DNA from: Occultella glacieicola
GTDB lineage: Bacteria; Actinomycetota; Actinomycetes; Actinomycetales; Beutenbergiaceae
DNA: 64,000 nucleotides
Direction of reading: 5' to 3'
Assembly (NCBI RefSeq): GCF_004353825.1
Contig: NZ_SMNA01000001.1
Coordinates: 186,001 to 250,000 of the forward strand
Both the position numbers and the translations under genes were made by a program. Each line of letters begins with the position of its first letter. The stretch's first letter is position 1. The notes below the pieces were generated by a model. It saw nothing but the letters and a program-made list of their open reading frames with translations, was not told the DNA's origin and made no database searches. Below, one piece after another: positions 18,891 to 28,314 of the stretch.

Positions 18891-19316
18891 CTACCTGGCG
18901 TCGAAGGCCGCCTTCGCGGACTCGATGTCCGGGTAGTTCTCGATCGCCCAGGTCGCCAGCGCGAGCGACGGTGCGATGAGCGTACGACCCATCGGGGTCA
19001 GCTCGTACTGGACCCGCGGTGGCACCTCGGCGAACGCGGTCCTGGTGACGAGGCCGTCGCGCTCGAGTGCTCGCACGGTCAGGGTGAGCATCCGTTGCGA
19101 GACGCCCGGAATGTGCCGCTGCAACTCGGTGAACCGGAGCGAGGAGTCCGAGAGCGTGCCGATCACCAGGAGTGACCATTTGTCGCCGACCCGGTCGAGC
19201 ACCGCCCGGATCGCCCGTCCCTCGCCCTCGCCGCGGCGGCACGACCCCTCGTAGGGACTCCTCGGCGGCGCCGTGACGTCCCGCGGCAATGCTGCGCCGG
19301 TGCTCCTCATGTCCAT
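18891..19316 (-). CDS. HxlR family wHTH regulator
   Basis: VGDKWSLLVI, RFTELQRHIPGVSQRMLT..LERDGLV, PPRVQYELT; start uncertain. Confidence 0.88.
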   Translation of the reverse strand: MDMRSTGAALPRDVTAPPRSPYEGSCRRGEGEGRAIRAVLDRVGDKWSLLVIGTLSDSSLRFTELQRHIPGVSQRMLTLTVRALERDGLVTRTAFAEVPPRVQYELTPMGRTLIAPSLALATWAIENYPDIESAKAAFDAR

Positions 19317-19340
19317 GCCGTTCCTTCCGGTGGCGCCTTC

Positions 19341-19356
19341 GGCACATCCGTGTGCC
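19341..19356. promoter_or_regulatory. Palindrome GGCACA-TCCG-TGTGCC, putative HxlR operator
   Basis: Perfect 6-4-6 inverted repeat between divergent hxlR and doxX genes. Confidence 0.5.
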
Positions 19357-19495
19357 TTTTGTGGACCTCGTGATGGTGACCCATGATGTGGTTGCTAACC
19401 AATCGTAACTAATGGACGACGGCGCCCCGTCCTTCGTCCGTGGCCCTCGCCTTGGGTGGGTCGGTCGTCATGCCCGAGGCAGACTGGAGAACCTT

Positions 19496-19861
19496 GTGAC
19501 CATTGCCTTCTGGGTCGTTGCCGCCCTGCTCGCCCTGGCGTTCCTCGGGGCTGGAACGATGAAGCTGATCCGATCGAAGCAGAGCCTGGCCGGCGCCGGG
19601 ATGGCGTGGACCGAGGACTTCTCCGCCCGCGCCGTCAAGGCCATCGGTGCCGTGGAGGTCGTCGGGGCGGTCGGTGTCCTGGTGCCGGTGCTGACCGGCG
19701 TCGCTCCGATCCTGAGTCCCATCGCCGCCGTTGGTCTGGCGCTGACCATGGTGGGCGCGATCGTCGTGCACGCACGCCGGAAGGAGAGCGCGACACCTGC
19801 CGTCGTGCTGCTCGTCCTGGGCGTCGCCGCCGCCGCGCTGGGCTTCCTGTTCGTCGCCTGA
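19496..19861 (+). CDS. DoxX family membrane protein
   Basis: FLGAGTMKL, IGAVEVVGAVG, MVGAIVVHARRKE; GTG with GGAGA RBS. Confidence 0.85.
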   Translation: MTIAFWVVAALLALAFLGAGTMKLIRSKQSLAGAGMAWTEDFSARAVKAIGAVEVVGAVGVLVPVLTGVAPILSPIAAVGLALTMVGAIVVHARRKESATPAVVLLVLGVAAAALGFLFVA

Positions 19862-19960
19862 CCCGGAGTGCGGTCCTCGAACGATGAGATTCGCCGCCGC
19901 TCCGGGTCTGACGACTCGGGACGCACGGCAGCGGACCGTCACCGACCGAGGAGCACGCTG

Positions 19961-20593
19961 ATGTCCAGAACACGGGTCCACAACCTGTCCATCTCGCTCG
20001 ACGGCTTCGCCACGGGCGAGCCGCAGTCCGCGGAGGCGCCGTTCGGCCATGCCGGTGAGCGGCTGCACCAGTGGATGTTCGCGACCCGCTTCTGGGCCGA
20101 GGGCGGCACCGCCGGGATCGATGACGCCTTCGCCGTCCGCCACAGCGACGGGATCGGGGCCGAGATCATGGGTGCCAACAAGTTCGGCCCGCCCGGATGG
20201 CCGGACGACCCGGACTGGAAGGGATGGTGGGGCCCGAACCCGCCGTTCCACACGCCCACCTTCGTGCTCACCCACCACCCGCGGCCGCCGATCGAGATGG
20301 ACGGTGGCACCACGTTCCACTTCCTCGACGCCACCCCGGACGAGGCCCTGGCGACGGCCGCGGAGGCGGCGGGTGGACGGGACGTCCGGATCGGCGGCGG
20401 CGCCACGGTGGTCCGTGACTTCGTCACCGCCGGGCTCGTGGATCACCTGCACCTGGTCCAGGTGCCGATCGTGCTCGGCCGCGGCGTTCGGGTCTGGGAC
20501 GGACTGGAGGGCCTCGAGGAGACCTACGCCGTCGAGGCCGTGTCCTCTCCGAGCGGCGTCACCCACCTGACGTTCGACAAGCGGGCTTCCTGA
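19961..20593 (+). CDS. Dihydrofolate reductase / RibD C-terminal family protein
   Basis: SISLDGF, AEIMGANKF, FVLTHH, VRIGGG, PIVLGRG; GAGGAG RBS. Confidence 0.85.
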   Translation: MSRTRVHNLSISLDGFATGEPQSAEAPFGHAGERLHQWMFATRFWAEGGTAGIDDAFAVRHSDGIGAEIMGANKFGPPGWPDDPDWKGWWGPNPPFHTPTFVLTHHPRPPIEMDGGTTFHFLDATPDEALATAAEAAGGRDVRIGGGATVVRDFVTAGLVDHLHLVQVPIVLGRGVRVWDGLEGLEETYAVEAVSSPSGVTHLTFDKRAS

Positions 20594-20617
20594 CGTCGAG
20601 CCCCGGGCTGTCAGCCG

Positions 20618-20677
20618 CTATCGGGAGAGCCGCAGGGCGGCGCCCGCGAACAGGACGATGGAACGGGCCAGTGTCAT
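20618..20677 (-). pseudogene. Probable truncated YnfA-family membrane protein stub (19 aa)
   Basis: ATGA-coupled to merR stop; MTLARSIVLFAGAAL resembles the N-terminus of actinobacterial YnfA proteins, then stops. Confidence 0.5.
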
Positions 20678-21407
20678 CGCGCCACGACCTCGGCGGTCGG
20701 CAGCAGGTCGGCGAGCATCGCGCGGGCCTGCGGTGGGGCGGTGATGGTGAGGTCGAACGTCGAGCCGTGAAGGTCGAGGCGGAACGAGTAGAAGCCGCAA
20801 CAGCCGTGCTCGGCGGCCGAGAGGGCGGCCGCCCGCCCGAGTTCGCTCACGGGCAGGGTCGCCCGGACGCCGTCGGGGATCTCCTCGCGGGCGGCGCCCG
20901 CGAGCAGGGCGTGCCAGTCCTCGATCCGCGCGGCGTAGTCGCCGCCGTCGAGCGAGCACGCGACCGGCCCCGGGGACGAGAGGGCCGCCATCGGCACCGT
21001 GGCGGGCGGGCGGTCGAGGAAGGCACAGCCGGAGTCGCACGGACCGTCGCGGTCGGGCAGCGCGTCAAGTCGGTCGACGGCGGTCGCGAGCGTCGACTGC
21101 AGCGTCTTGAGTGCCGTCAGTCGTTCGTCGACGCGCGCAGCATGCTGGAGGAGCATCGGGCGATAGGCGGCGCGGACGCTGTGGCAGGGCTCGGACTCCC
21201 AGGCGGCGACGAGTTCGCGCACGTCTGTCAGCGGGAGATCGAGGTGCTTGGCCTGGGCGATGAACGCGAGCCGGTCCACCGCGGCCTCGCCGTAGACGCG
21301 GTATCCGTTTCCGGCGCGGTCCGCCGGGAGCAGACCCTCGTGCTCGTAGTAGCGCAGGGTCGACGCGGGCACGCCGGTGTGCGCGCGGACAACTCCGAGA
21401 TCTTCAT
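20674..21407 (-). pseudogene. MerR family metal-responsive regulator, frameshifted (+2) near the 5' end
   Basis: ATG 21407 gives MKISELSART; HTH continues GVPASTLRYYE in another frame; CGC ACACC GGC has an extra AC; Cys motifs CDSGC, PVACSL, GCCGFY. Confidence 0.75.
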
Positions 21408-21413
21408 TTCCCG

Positions 21414-21445
21414 ACGGTAAACCTTGAAGTCGACTCGAAGGTCAA
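21414..21445 (-). promoter_or_regulatory. MerR-type promoter/operator with long spacer
   Basis: -35 TTGACC (21445-21440), 20-nt spacer, -10 TACCGT (21419-21414); dyad ACCTTGAAGTCGACTCGAAGGT (21421-21442, 18 of 22 symmetric); ATG 6 nt after -10. Confidence 0.8.
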
Positions 21446-21507
21446 GAGGGGATCGGCGTCCCGAGGCGGTCGTCCCGCGGTGCGACCGGCGCTCGTCGGC
21501 GACCGGG

Positions 21508-21983
21508 TCAGAGCTCGACGATGCGCATCCCCTCGTCCGGTGACGGCTCCTCCATCAGCGTGGCGAGGTGCTCGTTGCCGGCCGCGGTGACCGGATGGGC
21601 GAACGCCCGGCCGGTGGCGCTTCGGACACGAGCCCGCGCCGAGGCGATCTCGACCGGCGTCGTGAGCTTGTGCAGGACGACGTCCGCGCCCGCGGCGCGA
21701 GCCCGCGCGACCGCCCATCGGCGACGCTCGACCGACCGGGTGTTCCAGTCGAGCACCACGTCCGTACCAGCGGCCAGGACCTGCTCGGCCCCCGACCAGA
21801 TCAGCACCTTCACCTGCTCCGCCCGGCTGCCGTACGCGAGTGTGTCGAAGCCGAGACCGGGGTACAGGCGGAGCATCCACTCGTCCAGCGTGAATCGCAC
21901 CGCGCCCCCTCGGCGGCCAGCGCCCTGGCCAGGGTCGACTTGCCCGAGCCGGCCAGCCCGTAGAGCAGGTGGACCCGTGGCAT
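21508..21983 (-). pseudogene. AAA_33 / P-loop kinase-like protein, frameshifted in a G5 run
   Basis: MPRVHLLYGLAGSGKSTLARAL in one frame, GAVRFTLDEWM..DVVLDW in another; one extra G at 21905-21909 restores one ORF. Confidence 0.75.
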
Positions 21984-22102
21984 CGTCACCGTGCCAACGG
22001 TAGTCGCACTGCATCGAACGCCCGACGGCGGAGCGGGGGTCGGTCCCGAGCGTGCGGTCCGGATCGGGCCGGGTCGTAGGCTCGTTGAGGGAGGCACACC
22101 GC

Positions 22103-23356
22103 ATGGCGATCGTCATCTTCTGTCCGATCACGTTCAACCTGGCCGAGGTGACGCGCGCGATCGAGGTCGCCCGCGCGCTCGATGCGCGGCACAACCCGGT
22201 CTTCATGGGCTACGAGACCGACTTCGCCGACCTCATCACCGACGCCGGCTTCGACTACCGGCCGAGCGAACCCGCGCTCACCTCCGCCGAACGCGACCAG
22301 GCCCTGCGGTTCGACCAGGGCAAGACGCTTCGCAATCCGTTCACCTACGAACTCGTCTCCGAGCGAGTCAGCGCCGAACGCGCGCTCATCCGCCGGACCC
22401 GAGCGGCCGCCGTCGTGATCGGGACGAACCCGACCTCGATGATCTCGGCGCGGGCCGAACACGTGCCGCTGATCTACCCGGTGCCGTTCGCGCTGACCCG
22501 GCCGCAGGTGGAGCAGTCGAAGCGGCTCGGGCTGGTCCGGGGTACCGGCACGGCGGACCGGGCGATCGACACGATCGCGACCGCTGTCATGCGCTGGGTC
22601 TATGCCCACGCCCCGCTCGCGCCGCGCTCGTTCGTCCGGGTGGCGCGTGAGAACGGGGTTGCCCCGCTGCGCAACATCGTGTCGCTGATCGAGGCCGACC
22701 ACAACCTGCTCACGGTGATGCCGGCCGAGCTCGAGGGCTACACGCTGCCGCCGGGGTACGAGCGGGTCGGTCCGATCTTCGCGCACCTGGACGCCCCGAT
22801 GCCCGAGGTGGTCGAACGGCTCGCCGCCGCACCCGAACCGCTGGTGTACCTCGGCCTGGGGTCCTCGGCGGACCGGGGCCTCGCGCTCGCGGCCGCGCGC
22901 CGGCTCGGCACCCTGCCGGTCCACGTGATCGCCCCGATCCGGCACTACCTGGCCGACGACGACGAGCTACCGCCGAACGTGCACGTCACCGGGCTGATCC
23001 CAGCGCACCGGCTCGGCGGGCTCGTCGACGCGGCCGTGCTGCACGGTGGCCAGGGTACGGTCCAGACCGCGTGCGCGGCCGGGATCCCGTTCGTCGGCAT
23101 GGGGCTGCAGCCGGAGCAGGTCTGGAACGTGGACGTGTGCGTGCGGCAGGGCAACGCGCTCGCCCTGACCCCGAAGCAGGCCGGTGGCCCGGAACTCGCT
23201 GCCGCGGTGTTCCGCCTGCTCGAGGAGCCCACGTTCCGGCGTGCCGCCGAGCGCGTCGAGGCGGAGTTCGATCACGAGGACGGTGCCCGAGCGAGCGCTC
23301 GGGTGATCGATCGGATCATCGAGGAGCGCGCCGTGGACGCGGAGGCCCGGGGGTGA
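22103..23356 (+). CDS. GT1 / MGT-type glycosyltransferase
   Basis: VYLGLGSS, AVLHGGQGT, GIPFVG..QPEQ..N; GGGAGG RBS. Confidence 0.8.
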   Translation: MAIVIFCPITFNLAEVTRAIEVARALDARHNPVFMGYETDFADLITDAGFDYRPSEPALTSAERDQALRFDQGKTLRNPFTYELVSERVSAERALIRRTRAAAVVIGTNPTSMISARAEHVPLIYPVPFALTRPQVEQSKRLGLVRGTGTADRAIDTIATAVMRWVYAHAPLAPRSFVRVARENGVAPLRNIVSLIEADHNLLTVMPAELEGYTLPPGYERVGPIFAHLDAPMPEVVERLAAAPEPLVYLGLGSSADRGLALAAARRLGTLPVHVIAPIRHYLADDDELPPNVHVTGLIPAHRLGGLVDAAVLHGGQGTVQTACAAGIPFVGMGLQPEQVWNVDVCVRQGNALALTPKQAGGPELAAAVFRLLEEPTFRRAAERVEAEFDHEDGARASARVIDRIIEERAVDAEARG

Positions 23357-23406
23357 GCGTTTCCGGGCCGGCCCGCTCAAGCACGTTCGAGGTCCCGCCC
23401 TCCCGC

Positions 23407-25041
23407 TCACCCGTTGGCCGCGGCGTAGCCCTCCTCGTACTCCGAGCGGATCGAGTCGCCGCCCGCCGAGCGCCAGTCCGCGACGACGTCATCCCAGGAG
23501 GAGACAGGCTCGCGACCGAGCAGGATCGCGTTCGTGGCGTCGTTGAGCGTCGTGTTGAGCCGGCCGCCGACGGTGCCCTGGGTCGCCGAATACAGGCCGA
23601 CGGTCGGGTTGCGCACGCCGGTGGGGATCACCTGCTGCATGTGGTCGTAGATGTCCTGGGCGACCTGTGGCCGCCCCGGGTAGTAGTTGGGCCGCGGCCC
23701 GTCGATGAGGTACTCGATCGGGAACGTGCCGCCGGACGCCTCGGTCTCACCGAGTTCGGTGAGGACGGGGTCGTTGTTGCCGTCGAAGTCGTAGTGCACG
23801 CCCTCGAGACCATACTTGCGGAACAGGTGCTCCGCGGTGCCGATCGGAGCGGCCAGGAAGTTCAGGACCTCGAGCAGCATCCGCACCCGGGCCTCGTCGC
23901 CCTTGGCGATCGCCGAGATCGTGTTGTTCGGGTTGCCCAGCCAGAACGGCGCCGGCTGACCGTCCTCGCCCGGCGTCAGCATCAAGCCGACCAGGTAGCC
24001 CTCGCCTGCGGTGCTCCCGACGTCGTACATGGAGCCCATCGCCGAGTAGGTGTCCTGGTGGATCGCGCTCGACCCGGCGCCGAACCAGCCCTTGGCGTCG
24101 GCGCCGGTCGCATCGGCGAAGTCCGGGTGCACCAGTTCATCGGCCACCAGTGAGCGACCCAGCTCGAGTGCCGCCTTGTATCCGTCGGCCTCGATCGCGT
24201 GGCTGAAGGCGCCCGCGTCATCGACCCCCCAGGTGTTGGGGAGCCCGTACATCTGCTGGAGCGTCGCCATCGGCACGTTGGTCAGGGCCCAGGTGTTCGC
24301 GCGCGTGTCGGTCAGGTCCCGGCACGTCTGCACGAAGTCGTCGATGGTGGCGGGCTGAGGGTCGACACCGCGGGCCTCGAACAGGTCGTCGCGCGTGTAG
24401 AGCAGGCCCGAGGACTGCACCCCCCGGCTGATCGGCAGTCCGTAGATCGCCCCGTTGTACACCGTGCCCCGCCAGGAGTCCGTCGGCAGGTTCGCCAGGA
24501 ACGGATAGTCCGAGATGGCGTCGCCGGACAGGAACTCGGTGAGGTCCTGGCACTGCGCCGCGAGGAACTGGGGCAGCTGGGCGAAGCTCATGTCGATCGT
24601 GAACACGTCGCCGAGCCCGTCGCCGGCCACGGCGGTGGCGAACCGCTGGGGATAGTCGGCTCCCGGCGTGATCGTGAGCCGCAGTTCGGACCCGATGCGC
24701 TCGTTCAACGCCTGCCAGTAGGAGTTGCGGTCCATGCTCGGCGGCACGGCCTTGTTGACCGGGACCGAGCCCTGGATGGCGGACCCGTCGGCGGGCGGCC
24801 CATCCGTGGCGGCCTGCGGGTTCGCCGGGTAGGAGAAGAAGGTGTCCGGGATGCCGTCATCGGTCCCCGGCAGGTCGGCGGTGACTCCCTCGAAGCGGAT
24901 GTAGGTGGGCAGTTCGACGCCCGCGTCCGCGACTCCACCCCCGGTTGCGGGCGGGGTCGTGCTCGAGGAGCAGGAGGCGCTCGCCATGAGGGCGGCGGCG
25001 CCGATCCCCGCGGAGAGGAAGGTACGACGTGACAAGGACAT
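23407..25041 (-). CDS. Carbohydrate ABC transporter solute-binding lipoprotein (Tat-type signal)
   Basis: SRRTFL twin-arginine motif, lipobox-like ASASC, NGAIYGLP, YGLEGVHY. Confidence 0.88.
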   Translation of the reverse strand: MSLSRRTFLSAGIGAAALMASASCSSSTTPPATGGGVADAGVELPTYIRFEGVTADLPGTDDGIPDTFFSYPANPQAATDGPPADGSAIQGSVPVNKAVPPSMDRNSYWQALNERIGSELRLTITPGADYPQRFATAVAGDGLGDVFTIDMSFAQLPQFLAAQCQDLTEFLSGDAISDYPFLANLPTDSWRGTVYNGAIYGLPISRGVQSSGLLYTRDDLFEARGVDPQPATIDDFVQTCRDLTDTRANTWALTNVPMATLQQMYGLPNTWGVDDAGAFSHAIEADGYKAALELGRSLVADELVHPDFADATGADAKGWFGAGSSAIHQDTYSAMGSMYDVGSTAGEGYLVGLMLTPGEDGQPAPFWLGNPNNTISAIAKGDEARVRMLLEVLNFLAAPIGTAEHLFRKYGLEGVHYDFDGNNDPVLTELGETEASGGTFPIEYLIDGPRPNYYPGRPQVAQDIYDHMQQVIPTGVRNPTVGLYSATQGTVGGRLNTTLNDATNAILLGREPVSSWDDVVADWRSAGGDSIRSEYEEGYAAANG

Positions 25042-25086
25042 GGTGGTTCCCTTCTGATGGGACCGGCGCCGGCGCCGGCCGACGAA

Positions 25087-25998
25087 TCAACCTTTGACCG
25101 CTCCGGTGAGCACGCCCTTGGCGAAGTGGCGCTGCAGGAACGGGTAGACGATGAGGATCGGCACGATGGTCACCACGAGGATCGCCATCTGGATCGAGGG
25201 CTGAGGGGGCAGATTCTCCACGCCGGAGCCGAGGTCGGTGGCGCTCATCTCCGTGTTGTTGATGACGTAGGTGCGCAGGACGAGCTGGAGCGGCCACATC
25301 CCACTGTCGTTGAGATAGATGAGGGCGTTGAAGAAGGCATTCCAGTAGCCGACGGCGTAGAACAGGCCGATCACGGCCAGCACCGCCTTGGAGAGCGGCA
25401 GCACGATCCGGGCGAAGATCGTCAGGTGGCCGGCGCCGTCGATGCGGGCCGAGTCGGTCAGTTCGGCCGGGATACCCATGAAGAATGCGCGCAGCACGAT
25501 CACGTTGAACGCGCTGAGCGCGGTCGGCAGGATCAGCGCCCAGTAGCTGTTGAGGAGCCCGAGCTCCTTGACCACCAGGTAGTTCGGGATCAGCCCGGGG
25601 GAGAACAGCAGGGAGAACAGGACCAGCATGAGCATGGGCCGCTGCCCGAAGCTGCCCTGTCGGCTGAGGGCGTAGGCGAGCAGGGTCGAGACCGCGAGAC
25701 TGATCGCCGTGCCGACGACGGTGACCCCGACGCTCACGGCCATGGCTCGGCTGACCACGCCACCGGCGAAGATGGTCCGATAGGAGTCGAGCGAGACGCT
25801 GGTCGGGAACAGCACGAACCCGCCCGAGGCGTTCACCTGCGCTCGATCGGCGAGGCTGGTGGAGACGATCCCGACGAAGGGCAGGATCACCGCTGCGCAC
25901 AGCAGGATCAGGACGACGCCCTTGACGGCGCGCGAGGGTGCGCCCGGAGCATCGATCGGGCGGCGGCGCTGCGCCGGACGAGCAGACGTAGCGGTCAT
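25087..25998 (-). CDS. Carbohydrate ABC transporter permease (LplC-like)
   Basis: EAA loop ELTDSARIDGA, YAVGYWNAFF, PFLQRHFAKGVLTGAVKG; ATGA coupling. Confidence 0.92.
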   Translation of the reverse strand: MTATSARPAQRRRPIDAPGAPSRAVKGVVLILLCAAVILPFVGIVSTSLADRAQVNASGGFVLFPTSVSLDSYRTIFAGGVVSRAMAVSVGVTVVGTAISLAVSTLLAYALSRQGSFGQRPMLMLVLFSLLFSPGLIPNYLVVKELGLLNSYWALILPTALSAFNVIVLRAFFMGIPAELTDSARIDGAGHLTIFARIVLPLSKAVLAVIGLFYAVGYWNAFFNALIYLNDSGMWPLQLVLRTYVINNTEMSATDLGSGVENLPPQPSIQMAILVVTIVPILIVYPFLQRHFAKGVLTGAVKG

Positions 25999-27029
25999 GA
26001 CTTGTACACCCCGTTCTCGCCGAGCAGATGGGCGATCTTGTTGGCGCCGAGCACGAGCAGGACCCCGACGGCGCCCTTCACCAGCCCGACCGCGGCCGCG
26101 ACGCCCCACTGGCCACCGACGATGCCGTTGTTGTAGACGTAGGTGTCGAGGACCTCGCTGGCGGCGAGCCCGACGCCCCCCTGCTGCAGGATGATCTGCT
26201 CGAACCCGACCGTCAGGGAGTCCCCGAGGCGCAGGATCAGCAGCAGCACGATGATTCCCCGGATGCCCGGGAGGGTGACGTGCCACATCTGCCGCCACCG
26301 CGAGGCGCCATCCATCGACGCGGCCTCGTAGAGCGATGCGTCGATCTGGGACAGCGCGGCGAGGAACAGGATGGTCGCCCACCCGGTGTCCTTCCACATC
26401 ACCTGGCTCGTCAGCAGACCGACGAACAGGTCGGAGTTGCCGATGATCGAGAACGTGTCCGCGCCGTGTGTGCGGAGGAAGTTGTTGATCATCCCCGAGC
26501 CGCCGAGCACCTGCTGGAACACCGCGACGACGATCACCCAGGAGAGGAAGTGCGGCAGATACAGCACGGACTGCACGGCCCGCTTGATGCGCTCCGAGAG
26601 CAGGCTGTTCAGCAGCAGTGCGAGCGCGATCGGGGCCGGGAACACCAGGATCACCTGGACGAGCGTCAGCACCAGCGTGTTCCGGAGCGCGTTCACGAAC
26701 GCCGGGTCGCCGTTGAAGATCACCGCGAAGTTGTCCAGGCCGACCCAGGGGCTCTGACCGAACGGCAGGAACGGGACGTAGGCCTGGAACGCGATGACGT
26801 TGCCCAGCAGGGGGAGGTACTGGAACAGCAGGAGCAGGGCCATTCCGGGCAGTGCCATCACCAGCAGGGCCCGGTCGCGAATCAGCCGGGAGTACCACGG
26901 GTTTCTGCGCCTGCGCAGAAACGGCCGCGGGGCACCAGAGGACATCCCTGTTGTGGTGCGGTCGAGTCCGACGGGTCTCGACGAGGTGTCGCCGGTTGCG
27001 ACATCGGTGTGGCTCACGCTTGACTCCAT
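25995..27029 (-). CDS. Carbohydrate ABC transporter permease (LplB-like)
   Basis: WVGLDNF, YLPHFLSWV, LYEAASMDGASRWRQMWHVTLP. Confidence 0.92.
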   Translation of the reverse strand: MESSVSHTDVATGDTSSRPVGLDRTTTGMSSGAPRPFLRRRRNPWYSRLIRDRALLVMALPGMALLLLFQYLPLLGNVIAFQAYVPFLPFGQSPWVGLDNFAVIFNGDPAFVNALRNTLVLTLVQVILVFPAPIALALLLNSLLSERIKRAVQSVLYLPHFLSWVIVVAVFQQVLGGSGMINNFLRTHGADTFSIIGNSDLFVGLLTSQVMWKDTGWATILFLAALSQIDASLYEAASMDGASRWRQMWHVTLPGIRGIIVLLLILRLGDSLTVGFEQIILQQGGVGLAASEVLDTYVYNNGIVGGQWGVAAAVGLVKGAVGVLLVLGANKIAHLLGENGVYKS

Positions 27030-27037
27030 CGACTATC

Positions 27038-27086
27038 TCAGCGCTGTAACATGAGGAGTATCCGCACAGGTGCGTTGTCGTGTCAA
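27038..27086 (-). promoter_or_regulatory. ABC operon promoter with LacI-type operator
   Basis: TTGACA (27086-27081), 18 nt, GATACT (27062-27057); operator TCAGCGCTGTAA at 27038-27049 with central CG. Confidence 0.65.
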
Positions 27087-27253
27087 GCGTTGGGCCCGCC
27101 GCCTCACCCAGAGGCGATCAGTGGCGTAGGACCGTGCAAGACCGTTGGAAATACATCACTCACAGAGATTGTGGTCGATCGGGGCATCGGTGCGCCCACG
27201 TCGGCGAGCCGACTCGATCACGGCCGATCGGGCCGCCTTGACCGGACTGCCAT

Positions 27254-27265
27254 TCAGCGCTGTAA
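27254..27265 (+). promoter_or_regulatory. Second LacI-type operator upstream of the glycoside hydrolase
   Basis: Exact second copy of TCAGCGCTGTAA. Confidence 0.7.
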
Positions 27266-27315
27266 GGTTGACGGTGTCTGACCTTGCCCCCATTCCCGAC
27301 GAGGAGAACGCCACC

Positions 27316-28308
27316 ATGACCCACCCACCGGCCGCGACCCCGATCGCGCCTACCACCGCGCCGGCCGGACCGACCCCGTCGGCCGAGTTGCTCGGCACGC
27401 CCTGGGCCGTCGACCGGGCCGACGGCACGCCGTTCTCGAAGGACCCGTCGGTGATCCGCTTGGGCGATCGCTACCTCATGTACTTCACGCTTCCGCCCGA
27501 GGAGCCGAGTGCCCAGCGCGGGTGGCACGTCGGCATCGCCGAGAGCCACGACCTGCGGACCTGGACCCTCGCGGGGCGGCTCCGCCCGTCGGGCGATGCC
27601 GAGGCCCGTGGTTTGGCCGCCCCGGGCGCCGTCGTGCTCGACGGGGTCGTCCACCTCTTCTACCAGAGCTACGGGAACGGCCCGCTGGATGCGATCTGTC
27701 ATGCGTGGTCGCAGGACGGGGTGACCTTCATTCGGGACGCGACGAACCCTGTTTTCCGGCCCACCGGGTCCTGGAACTGCGGCCGAGCGATCGATGCCGA
27801 CGTGGTCGTCGACGGCGACCGCCTCCTGCTCGCCTACGCCACGCGCGACCCGCAGATGAGGGTGCAGATGCTGGGCGTGGCGGCGGCTCCTCTCGACAGC
27901 GACTTCGGGGCCGCGGCCTGGCGGGACCTGAGCCTGGACGCACCGGCGCTAGCCCCCGAGCTGCCGTGGGAGCTGGAGTGCATCGAGGCGCCGGCCTTCG
28001 TCCGGCGCGGCGAGCAGCTGGTCATGTTCTACGCCGGCGGCTACAACAACGAGCCCCAGCAGATCGGCTACGCGGTGAGCGAGGACGGTGTCCGGTGGAC
28101 CCGTGGAACCACGGAGCCGTTCCTCCCGAACGGTGAGCCGGGCTCCTGGAACTCCTCCGAGAGTGGTCACCCGGGAGCGTTCACCGACGACGACGGCCGG
28201 ACGTACCTGTTCTTCCAGGGCAACGACACCCGGGGGCGCACCAACTTCCTGGCTGCCACCGAGATCCACTGGGACGGGGACCGGCCGCGGCTGAGCCAGT
28301 CCACGTGA
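27316..28308 (+). CDS. Five-bladed beta-propeller glycoside hydrolase (GH43/32/130-like), no signal peptide
   Basis: KDPSVI, APGAVV, AIDADVV, IEAPAFV, SGHPG blade motifs; GAGGAG RBS. Confidence 0.8.
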   Translation: MTHPPAATPIAPTTAPAGPTPSAELLGTPWAVDRADGTPFSKDPSVIRLGDRYLMYFTLPPEEPSAQRGWHVGIAESHDLRTWTLAGRLRPSGDAEARGLAAPGAVVLDGVVHLFYQSYGNGPLDAICHAWSQDGVTFIRDATNPVFRPTGSWNCGRAIDADVVVDGDRLLLAYATRDPQMRVQMLGVAAAPLDSDFGAAAWRDLSLDAPALAPELPWELECIEAPAFVRRGEQLVMFYAGGYNNEPQQIGYAVSEDGVRWTRGTTEPFLPNGEPGSWNSSESGHPGAFTDDDGRTYLFFQGNDTRGRTNFLAATEIHWDGDRPRLSQST

Positions 28309-28314
28309 GGCTGC

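Noticed and set aside
27104..27120. TCACC-CAGAGGC-GATCA as a sixth regulon box
   Set aside because: One mismatch, no -10 at the 22-23 nt spacing on the plus strand, and it lies in a LacI-controlled region; likely chance
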